DNA of 49,345 bases from the NCBI GenBank assembly GCA_027491735.1, contig JAOZGP010000026.1, forward strand, positions 1-49,345. The letters are read 5' to 3'. This DNA comes from Thermoproteota archaeon (GTDB lineage: Archaea > Korarchaeota > Korarchaeia > Korarchaeales > Korarchaeaceae). Positions 38,860 through 47,932 of this stretch are shown here, piece by piece. Numbering within the stretch: the first letter of the stretch is position 1; each line of letters starts with the position of its first letter. Made by a program: the position numbers and the translations under genes. The notes under the pieces were generated by a model. It made no database searches, had not been told where the DNA came from, and saw only the letters and a list, made by a program, of their open reading frames with translations.

Positions 38860-39297
38860 TTGAAACTTGACTATCAGAAGAGACTTGTTGCTTCTCTCTA
38901 TGGAGTCGGTGTGAGCCGAATCAGGTTTGATCCCGAGAGGCTGGAGGAAGTGGGTGAAGCAGTCACTCGTAGGGATATAGAGAGGCTGGTCAGGTCTGGA
39001 GCGATAACGATTCTTCCAAAGAAAGGGGTGAGTAGGGCAAGGGCCAGAACGAGAAAGAAAAAAAGGAAGAGTCCTGGAAGGAGAAAGGGAGGGAAGTACT
39101 CGAGGTTACCTCGGAAAACTAGGTGGATAAGGAGGATAAGGGCCTTAAGAAGGACCCTGAGGGAGCTCAGAAGCTCAGGGAAGATAGACTCAAAGACTTA
39201 CAGGTACTACTACAGGAGGCTAGCCTCCTTCAACAGCATTGCACATCTGAAGAGCTCACTAATTCGTGCCATGGAGGAGGTGAGAAAAATTGGCTAA
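38860..39297 (+). CDS. rpl19e: 50S ribosomal protein eL19
   Basis: QKRL, TRRDI, GRRKG, WIRRIRALRRTL. Confidence 0.95.
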   Translation: MKLDYQKRLVASLYGVGVSRIRFDPERLEEVGEAVTRRDIERLVRSGAITILPKKGVSRARARTRKKKRKSPGRRKGGKYSRLPRKTRWIRRIRALRRTLRELRSSGKIDSKTYRYYYRRLASFNSIAHLKSSLIRAMEEVRKIG

Positions 39298-39880
39298 ATC
39301 CGGGAGATATAGGGTTTCAATGAGGAGAAGGCGTGAGGGTAAAACTGACTACCGAAGAAGGCTATCCCTTCTCAAAAGCGGTAGGACGAGACTGGTTGTC
39401 AGAAAAACCAATAGATATATAATAGCTCAATTTATTGAGTATAGTCCTAATGGCGATAAGGTCCTCTGCTACGCATGTTCAAAGGAGCTCGAAAGATATG
39501 GATGGAAGCATTCAAAGAAGAACGTGCCTGCTGCCTACCTAACCGGTTACTTAGCGGGTCTCAGGGCTGTAAGCAGGGGAATAACTTCTGCCATCTTGGA
39601 CATAGGGAGGCACCCATCAACCAAGGAATCCAGGATCTACGCTGCGCTGAAGGGATCTCTCGATGCGGGAGTCGACATTCCTCATAACGAGAGGATCTTA
39701 CCCAATATTGAGAGAATAAAGGGGAAGCACATAGCGAGTTATGCTACCTCCCTATCAGATGAAGATTTAAAAACGAAGTTCTCGGAACTTCTAAGGGCAG
39801 GTGCTGATCCCAGAATGATTCCAGAGGACTTCAGCTCGGTCCTCGAGAGGATAAAGGTTGAAGGGGGTAGTCATGAATGA
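39290..39880 (+). CDS. rpl18: 50S ribosomal protein uL18
   Basis: RRRREGKTDY, RLVVRKTN, AAYLTG, DAGVDIPH. Confidence 0.96.
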   Translation: MAKSGRYRVSMRRRREGKTDYRRRLSLLKSGRTRLVVRKTNRYIIAQFIEYSPNGDKVLCYACSKELERYGWKHSKKNVPAAYLTGYLAGLRAVSRGITSAILDIGRHPSTKESRIYAALKGSLDAGVDIPHNERILPNIERIKGKHIASYATSLSDEDLKTKFSELLRAGADPRMIPEDFSSVLERIKVEGGSHE

Positions 39881-40512
39881 GTTCAAGTTCAGCTCAGAAC
39901 CTTGAATGGATCCCGAGAACTAAACTAGGGATGTTGGTCGCTGAGGGTAAGATAAAGATGATAGATGAGATACTGAGGAGAGGAATACCGATAAAAGAAC
40001 CTGAGATAGTTGATGTACTCCTCCCAAACCTCAGAAAGGAGATAATAGAGATAAGGAGAGTTCAGAAACAAACTGATGCCGGTGAAATATCTAGGATAAG
40101 AACTGTTGTGGTGATTGGGGATGGAGAAAACTACATAGGGATAGGCAAAGGCAAGGGACGGGAGTTCAGAGCAGCATTTGGAGATGCCATAAAGGCGGCC
40201 AAACTTAACATAATAAAAGTTCGGAAAGGGTGTGGTTCTTGGGAGTGTGAGTGTGGAAGGCCTCACTCCATCCCGGCGGAGGTCCTCGGAAAGTCCGGAT
40301 CCGTTCGGGTTACTCTATTGCCTGCTCCTCGGGGCCTTGGGCTCGCCTGCAATGACACCGCTAAGATAATCCTCTCCTTAGCAGGAGTGAAGGACATAAG
40401 AATATTCTCTAAGGGCATGACCAAGAACAGGATGAACTACGCTCTTGCTGTCTATGACGCTCTGAAGAATCTCATGGCGATGAACCTACCTGGTGACTGG
40501 AGAACCCTCTGA
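39877..40512 (+). CDS. rps5: 30S ribosomal protein uS5
   Basis: WIPRTKLG, KQTDAG, GCGSWEC, PAPRGLGL. Confidence 0.96.
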   Translation: MSSSSAQNLEWIPRTKLGMLVAEGKIKMIDEILRRGIPIKEPEIVDVLLPNLRKEIIEIRRVQKQTDAGEISRIRTVVVIGDGENYIGIGKGKGREFRAAFGDAIKAAKLNIIKVRKGCGSWECECGRPHSIPAEVLGKSGSVRVTLLPAPRGLGLACNDTAKIILSLAGVKDIRIFSKGMTKNRMNYALAVYDALKNLMAMNLPGDWRTL

Positions 40513-40537
40513 ACATGGTGGAGCAGGAGGTGTCTAT

Positions 40538-41023
40538 ATGTCCAGAAGTGGACCAAAGCCTGTAGCAGTCGTCAGGATAAGAGGAAGAGTTGGCGTCAGA
40601 TACGATATGGAGGATACACTCCGATTCCTTAATTTAAAGAGAAAGTTCTGGGCCACAGTAGTTCCGTCCACTCCCGCCTACATGGGCATGCTCTTTAAGG
40701 TGAAGGATCTCATAATCTACGGTGAGGTTGATCTTGGTACAATAAAGCTTCTCTTGGAGAGAAGAGGGTGCACAAAGTTTGGTGATAGAGTGACTGATGA
40801 GTGGCTCACCAAGAACACCGAGTTCAAAAGCGTGGAGGACCTCGCCTCGAAGATATACTCCTGTGAGGTGAAGCTTAGTCGCTTGGACTGGATTAAGCCT
40901 TATTTTAGGCTTTCTCCTCCGAAGGGAGGTTTTAAAAGATCCACCAAGAGATCCTTTTCAAGTGGAGGGGAGCTCGGTTTTAGGGGTTCCGAGATAAATA
41001 CTCTCCTAAGGAGGATGATCTAG
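40538..41023 (+). CDS. rpl30p: 50S ribosomal protein uL30
   Basis: AVVRIRG, FRLSPPKGGF, GGELG...INTLLRRMI; probable ATG at 40538. Confidence 0.95.
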   Translation: MSRSGPKPVAVVRIRGRVGVRYDMEDTLRFLNLKRKFWATVVPSTPAYMGMLFKVKDLIIYGEVDLGTIKLLLERRGCTKFGDRVTDEWLTKNTEFKSVEDLASKIYSCEVKLSRLDWIKPYFRLSPPKGGFKRSTKRSFSSGGELGFRGSEINTLLRRMI

Positions 41024-41024
41024 A

Positions 41025-41483
41025 ATGCCAAGATTTATACCTCGTAGAAGAAAAAAGTCCAGAAAAATGCGGGGTAGCAGACTTCATGGATATGGACTTC
41101 AGAGGCAGCATAGGAGGAGCGGAAGGGGAGGAGGCTTCGGAAACGCCGGACCTCACAAACATAGATGGACGTGGTACACCGCTCACTGGCCGGATTACTT
41201 TGGAAAGGGTAGGAGGGGCTTCAAGAGACCAAGAGTTGTTGTCAGAGAGATGAAATCAATAAACTTGTCGGATATAGAGTTGAACCTGGACATGTTCTTG
41301 GAGAAAGGATCCGCCGTGCGCAAGGAAGATGGGATCATAGAACTTGACCTCTCCAAGGAGGGATATGACAAGGTATTAGGAAAAGGTGGAATAAGTATGC
41401 CCATTGTGATAAAGGCTAAGTTCTTCTCGGAGAAGGCTATTGAGAAGATAAAAGCTGCCGGTGGGAAGGCCATGCAGGTATAA
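41025..41483 (+). CDS. rpl15: 50S ribosomal protein uL15
   Basis: RGSRLHGYG, GGGFGNAG, KVLGKG, KIKAAGG. Confidence 0.96.
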   Translation: MPRFIPRRRKKSRKMRGSRLHGYGLQRQHRRSGRGGGFGNAGPHKHRWTWYTAHWPDYFGKGRRGFKRPRVVVREMKSINLSDIELNLDMFLEKGSAVRKEDGIIELDLSKEGYDKVLGKGGISMPIVIKAKFFSEKAIEKIKAAGGKAMQV

Positions 41484-41494
41484 AGGGGAGTCCT

Positions 41495-42889
41495 ATGGAG
41501 GCCGTTCGTGGGCTGTTCAGTAGGATAAACCGTTTAATTCCTGAGATTGAGAAGCCCGCCAAGCGACCCACCCTAAAGGAGAAGCTCGCTTGGACGGCGA
41601 TAGTTCTGATACTTTACTATCTGCTCACTCAAGTTCCGATATACGGCATTCCCAAGGAGACCATAGACTACCTGGCCGGTCTGAGGGTGATCTTCGCTGG
41701 AGCTTCCGGCAGCATAGTTGAGTTGGGGATAGGTCCGGTGGTCACCGCTGGCATAGTCATGGAGCTTCTAATAGGAAGCAACATTCTGAAACTGGATTTG
41801 ACCGACCCTGAGGATAGAAAATTTTTTCAGGAGGCACAGAGGGTAGCGGCGGTATTCTTCATAGTGCTCGAAAATGGCATGTACGCCCTCGGCAGGTATC
41901 CTGTCGGAGGAACTCTTCAATTATTTATAATAGCTCAGTTATGTATAGGAAGTTTTCTCCTCATGATGCTCGATGATCTGACCAGCAAGTGGGGTATAGG
42001 GAGCGGTATAAGCCTGTTTATACTGGCTGGGGTTGCTCAAAGAGTCCTTTGGGAGATGTTCACCCCTCTAACTACGTCAGGAGGTAGGGTGATAGGGGTT
42101 ATACCAGCCCTGATAAAGGAAGGTATCGTGGCCGTGTACAGACCGGGTATGCCCAACCTCCTAGGTCTTGTAGCGACCTTCGTGGTCTTCCTCATAGTTG
42201 TTTGGGCCTATAGCATAAGAGTGGAGATACCGATAGCCCACACGATGGTTGGTGGCCAGAAGATGAAGTACCCGATAAGGTTGCTCTATGTGAGCAACGT
42301 ACCGATAATATTCGCTGCGGCTCTGATAGGAGATATAGAGATGATATCCAGAGTTCTCTGGATGAGAATGGGTAGCACAGCAACAGGAGTCCTTAAATGG
42401 ATAATAGACTTTCTAGGGACGTGGAGAATAGAGAGCAATGGTATGATACCGGTGTCCGGACTAGCCTACTACTTGCAGAGGCCCTTTTCTCCGGAGTATC
42501 TGTTCCTGAAGCCAGATGCCTCCTTAGTGTATCTGGTGGTCATGGTCCTCGGTTGCATCCTTTTCGCTAAAGTATGGGTCATGACTGCGGGCATGGACGC
42601 CGCGCATGTAGCGGACCAGTTGGTGAAGCAGGGCATAGTTATACCGGGAAGAAGAGCGAGCACTAAGATAATGAGACGTACTGTTGAGAACTACATAAAC
42701 ACAGTCACAATACTGGGAGGGTTATTGGTAGGCCTTCTGGCCGCATTAGCTGACTTCTCCGGAGCTTTAGGGACTGGAAGTGGCATATTATTGGCTGTGA
42801 CGATAGTAGCTTCGTTCTATGAGGCTTTAGCTAAGGAAAGGGCTATGGAGATATATCCAAGGCTCAAGAAGTTCTTCGTTGGTAGATGA
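41495..42889 (+). CDS. secY: Preprotein translocase subunit SecY
   Basis: ELGIGPVVTAG, GIGSGISLFI, YPIRLLYVSNVP, GTGSGILL; multiple TM helices. Confidence 0.97.
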   Translation: MEAVRGLFSRINRLIPEIEKPAKRPTLKEKLAWTAIVLILYYLLTQVPIYGIPKETIDYLAGLRVIFAGASGSIVELGIGPVVTAGIVMELLIGSNILKLDLTDPEDRKFFQEAQRVAAVFFIVLENGMYALGRYPVGGTLQLFIIAQLCIGSFLLMMLDDLTSKWGIGSGISLFILAGVAQRVLWEMFTPLTTSGGRVIGVIPALIKEGIVAVYRPGMPNLLGLVATFVVFLIVVWAYSIRVEIPIAHTMVGGQKMKYPIRLLYVSNVPIIFAAALIGDIEMISRVLWMRMGSTATGVLKWIIDFLGTWRIESNGMIPVSGLAYYLQRPFSPEYLFLKPDASLVYLVVMVLGCILFAKVWVMTAGMDAAHVADQLVKQGIVIPGRRASTKIMRRTVENYINTVTILGGLLVGLLAALADFSGALGTGSGILLAVTIVASFYEALAKERAMEIYPRLKKFFVGR

Positions 42890-42945
42890 GCCTTAAGAAA
42901 AGCCCCTTCCGTTATCCTTTTTAGGAAGACCTGAATTCAGTATGT

Positions 42946-43521
42946 ATGCCGGTATGCTTGGTCATAGGAGTTCCTGGAGTAGGTAAATCAACTATCATGG
43001 ATGTCTTAAAGGCTAAATATCCAGATAAGATCAAGATAGTCATCTACGGCGACTATATGGTTGACATAGCCAGGGAAGAGGGTCTTGTAAGGCACAGAGA
43101 TGAAATGAGGAAGCTTCCCACAGACGTGCAGAAAGACCTTCAGGAGAGGGCCGCCGACAGAATATACAGAGAAAGCCTCTCTTTCGGGGGAGTTGTTCTG
43201 GTGGACACTCACGGGTTCATAAAGACTCCGAACGGGTTTTTTCCCGGTCTCCCGGAGAGGATACTCAAACTACTCAACCCTAGCTTTACAGTTCTCATAG
43301 AAGCTGATCCCGAGGAGATTGCCTCCAGAAGAGCGAAGGATGAAACTAGAGAGAGGGATGTGGAGCTAGAAGATCTTATAAGGCTTCATCAGGAGTTAAA
43401 CAGGATGGCTGCGGTCACATACGCTACATTGACTGGCTGCAATGTAGTGATCATCAGAAATGAGGAGGGAAAGATTGAAAAATCCGCAAAGGAACTTGCC
43501 AAGAACATAGGTGTTGCATGA
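42946..43521 (+). CDS. adkA: Archaeal adenylate kinase
   Basis: GVPGVGKST, RDEMRKL, DTH, PGLP. Confidence 0.95.
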   Translation: MPVCLVIGVPGVGKSTIMDVLKAKYPDKIKIVIYGDYMVDIAREEGLVRHRDEMRKLPTDVQKDLQERAADRIYRESLSFGGVVLVDTHGFIKTPNGFFPGLPERILKLLNPSFTVLIEADPEEIASRRAKDETRERDVELEDLIRLHQELNRMAAVTYATLTGCNVVIIRNEEGKIEKSAKELAKNIGVA

Positions 43522-44018
43522 TGATAGACTGGCTCGTCCTCCCTCCAAATTCAATAATCTTTATAATAGCTCTTTCAGCAGCGATCTCTTTGGCAGTAAG
43601 CCTCATCAACAAGAGAATTGTGGACTATGATAAGATGGCTCTCTACCAGAAGACGGTCAAGGAGTATATGGAGATCAAGAAACAGCATATGAAAACCGGA
43701 GATAAGAAACTAGAAAAAAAGTTGAAGCGCATGGAACCTCGTTACAGTGAAGCTCAAGCCGAACTGAGCAAGATGAGCCTTAAGCCTATGATGTACACTA
43801 CTCTGCCGATACTACTTATGTTCTTTGTGCTCGCTGGCATGTTTGTGGAGATACCCCTGGCAAAGCTCCCCTTTTCACTTCCCTTTATGAGTTATTTTCA
43901 CGGTAAGAGCGTTTTTCAGGACAATGTGATAGGGTATATAGGACTATACATGATAGCCTCCGTCTTCTTCTCTAATGTATTCATGAAGCTGCTTGGACTA
44001 TCCCCAACGCCTTCTTAA
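43518..44018 (+). CDS. DUF106 (EMC3/TMCO1/Oxa1-superfamily) membrane protein
   Basis: TM, coiled coil, KPMMYT, further TMs; conserved position after adk. Confidence 0.88.
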   Translation: MMIDWLVLPPNSIIFIIALSAAISLAVSLINKRIVDYDKMALYQKTVKEYMEIKKQHMKTGDKKLEKKLKRMEPRYSEAQAELSKMSLKPMMYTTLPILLMFFVLAGMFVEIPLAKLPFSLPFMSYFHGKSVFQDNVIGYIGLYMIASVFFSNVFMKLLGLSPTPS

Positions 44019-44069
44019 TCCCAAGCTTTATTAATCACGTTGTTGTTAAGGTCAGCGGGAGGTGTCTCT

Positions 44070-44372
44070 CTGCCAGCCTCGATGGTTGCCAGAGGTCATA
44101 AAAAACTCAACAAGAGAAGGGTTGCGATCAGGATCCCGGGAGGCAGGGCGATCTATCACCCAAGGAGGAAAATTTACAGAAAGCCGCGCTGTGCTTCATG
44201 TGGAAGACCCTTGACAGGCGCTCGTAATGGACCTAGGAGTTACATGTCCAAGCTCGCTAAGAGTGAGAAGAGACCAAACAGACCATACGGAGGAAACCTC
44301 TGCAGTAAGTGCTTTAGAGCACTCTTCACAGAGAAAGTGATAGCTGAGGGCCTTGTCCTTCTGGGAAGATGA
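44070..44372 (+). CDS. rpl34e: 50S ribosomal protein eL34
   Basis: IPGGR, CASCGRPL, RPNRPYGGNLCSKC; probable CTG start at 44070 (or ATG 44082). Confidence 0.93.
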   Translation: MPASMVARGHKKLNKRRVAIRIPGGRAIYHPRRKIYRKPRCASCGRPLTGARNGPRSYMSKLAKSEKRPNRPYGGNLCSKCFRALFTEKVIAEGLVLLGR

Positions 44373-44450
44373 AGTCTAATTCATCAAATGAAGGCAAATT
44401 TTTAAATCTTCAACTGAGGTCTCTCTCGACGCTCTCACACACGAGAGTTC

Positions 44451-44468
44451 TCACCTCGCGAGAGGTGA
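44451..44468 (+). promoter_or_regulatory. GNRA-capped hairpin sequestering the rpl14e Shine-Dalgarno
   Basis: TCACCTC-GCGA-GAGGTGA, 7 perfect pairs; ATG at 44475. Confidence 0.5.
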
Positions 44469-44474
44469 TCTTCT

Positions 44475-44774
44475 ATGTCAATAGAGGTAGGCAGGGTCTG
44501 CGTGAAGACCGCTGGAAGAGAAGCAGGTAGAAAGTGTGTTGTCGTCAAGGTGATCGACAGAAATTTTGTCCTGGTGACGGGTCCTAAAGAGCTCACTGGA
44601 GTCCGTAGAAGGAAATCTAATGTGAAACATCTGATTCCCCTCCCGATCAAGCTCGATGTGAGGGAGGATGCCGACGACAGAGAGGTAATCGAGGCTCTTA
44701 AGCAGACGAAGCTGTATGACGAGCTTCTAGGAGAGAAAGAAAAGCAGAAGAGCAAACCCGAGAAGGAGTCCTGA
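44475..44774 (+). CDS. rpl14e: 50S ribosomal protein eL14
   Basis: IEVGRVCVKTAGREAGRKCVVV, GPKELTGVRRR. Confidence 0.96.
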   Translation: MSIEVGRVCVKTAGREAGRKCVVVKVIDRNFVLVTGPKELTGVRRRKSNVKHLIPLPIKLDVREDADDREVIEALKQTKLYDELLGEKEKQKSKPEKES

Positions 44775-45757
44775 TGAACTCCCTCCTAGTTAAGTCGAAA
44801 AGCTCCCCCAGCGATCACGGTTTTCGTCCGGAGGAGCGTCCCTTTCCCATATTTTTGAGGTATAGCATCGTTATTTTGGACAAACCACCTGGTCCATCCT
44901 CTCATACTGTGACCAAGCGAGTGAAGGACACTCTGAACATGGGGCTAAGAATAGGTCACTGTGGAACCTTGGATCCCAAGGTCACGGGGGTTCTTCCGAT
45001 TGTCATAGGGGAGGCAACGAAGGCGGCACCCCTGATAACAACGATGGACAAGGAATATGTAGGGACCATGTACCTTCATGGGGACGTGGCTGATGAGGAG
45101 CTGATCAAGGTGCTGAGGATGTTCGAGACTGTGATATACCAGAGGCCACCTGTCAGGTCGGCGGTGAGCAGAACTCTCAGAACTAGGAGAGTATACAAGA
45201 TAGAAATCCTATCGAGGCGGGGTAGATACGTTGAGCTGAGGACGGTCGTCGAGTCAGGGACATACATAAGAAAGCTTTACCACGACATAGGAGAGGTCCT
45301 AGGAGTTGGCGCCAGTATGATAAAGCTGAGAAGGGTCAGGATAGGGCATATAACGGAGGATATGTGCGTGGATCTGAGGACCCTCCTCGAAGCGATTGAA
45401 CTCTACAGGAACACAGGAGATGAGCAATATCTCAGGGAGAAGCTAATTCCGGTGGAGGAGGCGGTCAAACACGTCAAGAGGATGGTGGTGAAAGACTCCG
45501 CTGTATCTGCCATAACTCACGGGGCACCTGTCCTAGCACCAGGTGTAAGCCTCCTATCCGAAGGGATCTCAAAAGGAGATCTAGTGGGCATATTCACACT
45601 TAAAGGAGAGCTCGTTGCCATAGCAAGGGCTTTAATGAGCTCTGAGGAGATATTAAGAGCCAAGAAGGGAGTTGTCGCCGAACTCCTGAGAGTCATCATG
45701 GAGAGGGATTTATACCCTCGCATGTGGAGACGCCATCCCCCTACGTCCCGACAGTGA
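44774..45757 (+). CDS. cbf5: H/ACA RNA-guided pseudouridine synthase Cbf5 (TruB family, PUA domain)
   Basis: DKPPGPSSH, GHCGTLDPKVTG, QRPPVRSAV, GTYIRKL, YPRMW. Confidence 0.96.
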   Translation: MNSLLVKSKSSPSDHGFRPEERPFPIFLRYSIVILDKPPGPSSHTVTKRVKDTLNMGLRIGHCGTLDPKVTGVLPIVIGEATKAAPLITTMDKEYVGTMYLHGDVADEELIKVLRMFETVIYQRPPVRSAVSRTLRTRRVYKIEILSRRGRYVELRTVVESGTYIRKLYHDIGEVLGVGASMIKLRRVRIGHITEDMCVDLRTLLEAIELYRNTGDEQYLREKLIPVEEAVKHVKRMVVKDSAVSAITHGAPVLAPGVSLLSEGISKGDLVGIFTLKGELVAIARALMSSEEILRAKKGVVAELLRVIMERDLYPRMWRRHPPTSRQ

Positions 45758-45764
45758 ATTAACA

Positions 45765-45784
45765 TTTTATTTAGGTTGTCCTAA
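45765..45784 (+). promoter_or_regulatory. TATA box overlapped by perfect TTAGG-N4-CCTAA palindrome (DtxR/MntR-like operator)
   Basis: TTTTATTTA (45765-45773) and TTAGGTTGTCCTAA (45771-45784); ATG at 45800. Confidence 0.6.
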
Positions 45785-45799
45785 CACTCCGCGATAGGC

Positions 45800-46687
45800 A
45801 TGAGGAAGAAGGAGATAACAATAATAAGTGGCAAAGGAGGAGTTGGGAAGACAACGATCTCCTCCAGTCTGCTCTATCTCATGAACAGGGATGATCTAGG
45901 AGTTGTAGCTGTGGATGCAGATGTGGACACACCTTCTCTCCATCTGGCCATGGGTTTCCAACCCCTTGAGGAGAAGGACTTAACTCTCTCGTCGAAGGCT
46001 GAAATAGGAGGTAAGTGTATCCTATGCGGCAGATGCATCGAGAAATGCCCATTCGGGGCTATTGTCGTAGAAGAAGAATTGAAGGTTATACCGTATATGT
46101 GTGATGGATGTTCGATATGTCTTAAGGCCTGTCCTGTCGGTGCTATATCCATTAAATCCGCTGTAGCGGGAAGACTCATTGTTGGGAGATCAAGATATGG
46201 CTTCCCTATGGTAACAGCCCAGCTCAATGTCGGAGAGCATAACTCGGGACTCTTGGTCAACGAGGTGAGGAAGAAGGCCCTTGAAATATGTAACAGCACG
46301 GGGAGAGAATTCGTGGTGACTGATGGAGCTCCAGGAATAGGATGCCCTGTGATAGCCTCTCTATCTGCAACCGATTATGCTCTAGTGGTCACAGAACCTA
46401 CCCCAGAAGCTCTACAGGGAGCTCGAAGGATATTAGAGATAACAACACACTTTGGAGTGCCGGCAGGGATCGTCCTGAATAAACATGATATGAGCGACTT
46501 TGGTGAGGAAATGCTCAGGGTGTTTAAATCCAGCAATATTGAGGTCTTAGGGAAGATTCCCCTTGACTTCTCGGTTGTTGAATCCCTTTCAAATGGAAAA
46601 CCTGTGGTCGCCCACAAGCCGGATTCGTCTGCAGCACGATCACTGTTTGATCTCTACGAGAGACTTAAGGAGGTGGTTCTTTCATGA
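45800..46687 (+). CDS. MinD-superfamily P-loop ATPase with inserted ferredoxin domain (COG1149), copy 1
   Basis: SGKGGVGKT, DADVD, CILCGRCIEKCP, CDGCSICLKACP, DGAPGIGCP, VTEPT. Confidence 0.92.
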   Translation: MRKKEITIISGKGGVGKTTISSSLLYLMNRDDLGVVAVDADVDTPSLHLAMGFQPLEEKDLTLSSKAEIGGKCILCGRCIEKCPFGAIVVEEELKVIPYMCDGCSICLKACPVGAISIKSAVAGRLIVGRSRYGFPMVTAQLNVGEHNSGLLVNEVRKKALEICNSTGREFVVTDGAPGIGCPVIASLSATDYALVVTEPTPEALQGARRILEITTHFGVPAGIVLNKHDMSDFGEEMLRVFKSSNIEVLGKIPLDFSVVESLSNGKPVVAHKPDSSAARSLFDLYERLKEVVLS

Positions 46688-47571
46688 AGTTGAAAGTACT
46701 GGCGGTTACTGGAGGCAAAGGAGGAGTTGGTAAATCAACAATAGCCACAAACATAGCCATTCTTCTCTTGGATGCTGGAAAAAAGGTTTTACTCGTTGAT
46801 GCTGATGTTGATAACCCCAACGACCACATTTATCTGGGCATCCAGCGCAACAAGGTGGCCGACATAGAGCTCTTCACCCCCGAGGTGGACGGGACCATGT
46901 GTAACGGTTGTCTTGCATGTGTGGATATCTGTCCAACTCACGCTTTACTGGGGAGAAGAGGGCTTCCTCCTCTACTATTTAAAGATTCCTGTCTTGGATG
47001 CGAGCTGTGTAAGGAGGTTTGTCCGAGAGATGCCATAAGGGATGGAAAAAAGATCGTAGGAACTCTATATGAGGGTTCTTCTGGGGGACTGAAAATGATA
47101 TCGGCAGCGATAAAACCAGGAGAGGAGAGATCCCCTCTCGTGGCCCATCGTCTGGTCAGGTTTTACAGGAAGATCACTTCATCTGAGGGCTTCGACTACG
47201 TAGTGGTTGATACTGCTCCTGGGGTTGCAAACCCCGTGATCCAAGCACTTCGTCTAGCTGATCACGCTCTGCTCATAACAGAGCCCACTCCTTTCGGTCT
47301 AAACACAATGAGACTATCTTTCAAGGTTTTGAGGAAGGTGGGCCTCGGTTTTGATGTGGTGATAAACCGATCGGACATCCCAAGTTCGTTGGCCGAGAAG
47401 GTGGAGAAAGAGGCCAGATCTCAGGGAGCGAGAGTCTTTAAGATCCCTTACCAAGATGAGGTCATACGGTCATCGGTCCTCGGTCGACCTACCGTGAGGG
47501 AGAACAGGAGAGGGATCTTCTCTCTTACAGTCAGAAAGATGGTCCGGGAGGTGCTTCAAATTGAGTGCTAA
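46684..47571 (+). CDS. MinD-superfamily P-loop ATPase with inserted ferredoxin domain (COG1149), copy 2
   Basis: GGKGGVGKST, DADVDNPN, CNGCLACVDICP, CLGCELCKEVCP, TEPTPFG. Confidence 0.92.
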   Translation: MKLKVLAVTGGKGGVGKSTIATNIAILLLDAGKKVLLVDADVDNPNDHIYLGIQRNKVADIELFTPEVDGTMCNGCLACVDICPTHALLGRRGLPPLLFKDSCLGCELCKEVCPRDAIRDGKKIVGTLYEGSSGGLKMISAAIKPGEERSPLVAHRLVRFYRKITSSEGFDYVVVDTAPGVANPVIQALRLADHALLITEPTPFGLNTMRLSFKVLRKVGLGFDVVINRSDIPSSLAEKVEKEARSQGARVFKIPYQDEVIRSSVLGRPTVRENRRGIFSLTVRKMVREVLQIEC

Positions 47572-47887
47572 GGAGGTAGAGAGAAAAATTCAAGAGAAGC
47601 TAAGAGAAGCGAAGGATCCTGAGATCGGGCTCTCAGTTGTGGATCTTGGTCTTATAGATGAGTTACGATACGAGAAGGGGGTTGCGAAGATAACATTCCA
47701 TCCAACCACACCCTTCTGCCCCTCCACTCTTTCGGTGCAGATGGGGGTTGACATCTACCTGAGGGCCTCTGAGGTCAATGAGGTCAGGAGAGTAGTTGTT
47801 CGGATAAAGGACCACGCTTACGAAAAGCAGGTCAATGAACTGATAAACAAGTACATCGAGAGGATAGAGGGCTCCCGTACAAAGTAA
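47561..47887 (+). CDS. DUF59/MIP18/SufT-like Fe-S cluster assembly protein
   Basis: DPEIGLSVVDLGLI and TTPFCP motifs. Confidence 0.9.
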   Translation: MSAKEVERKIQEKLREAKDPEIGLSVVDLGLIDELRYEKGVAKITFHPTTPFCPSTLSVQMGVDIYLRASEVNEVRRVVVRIKDHAYEKQVNELINKYIERIEGSRTK

Positions 47888-47890
47888 AGT

Positions 47891-47922
47891 TTTTATTTAC
47901 AAAAAAAGTTAGGACAGGCTAG
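47891..47922 (+). promoter_or_regulatory. Second TATA plus degenerate TTAGG-N4-CCTAA box
   Basis: Identical TTTTATTTA (47891-47899) and TTAGGACAGGCTAG (47909-47922), resembling the reverse complement of the 45771 box. Confidence 0.45.
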
Positions 47923-47932
47923 GTGATATTCG

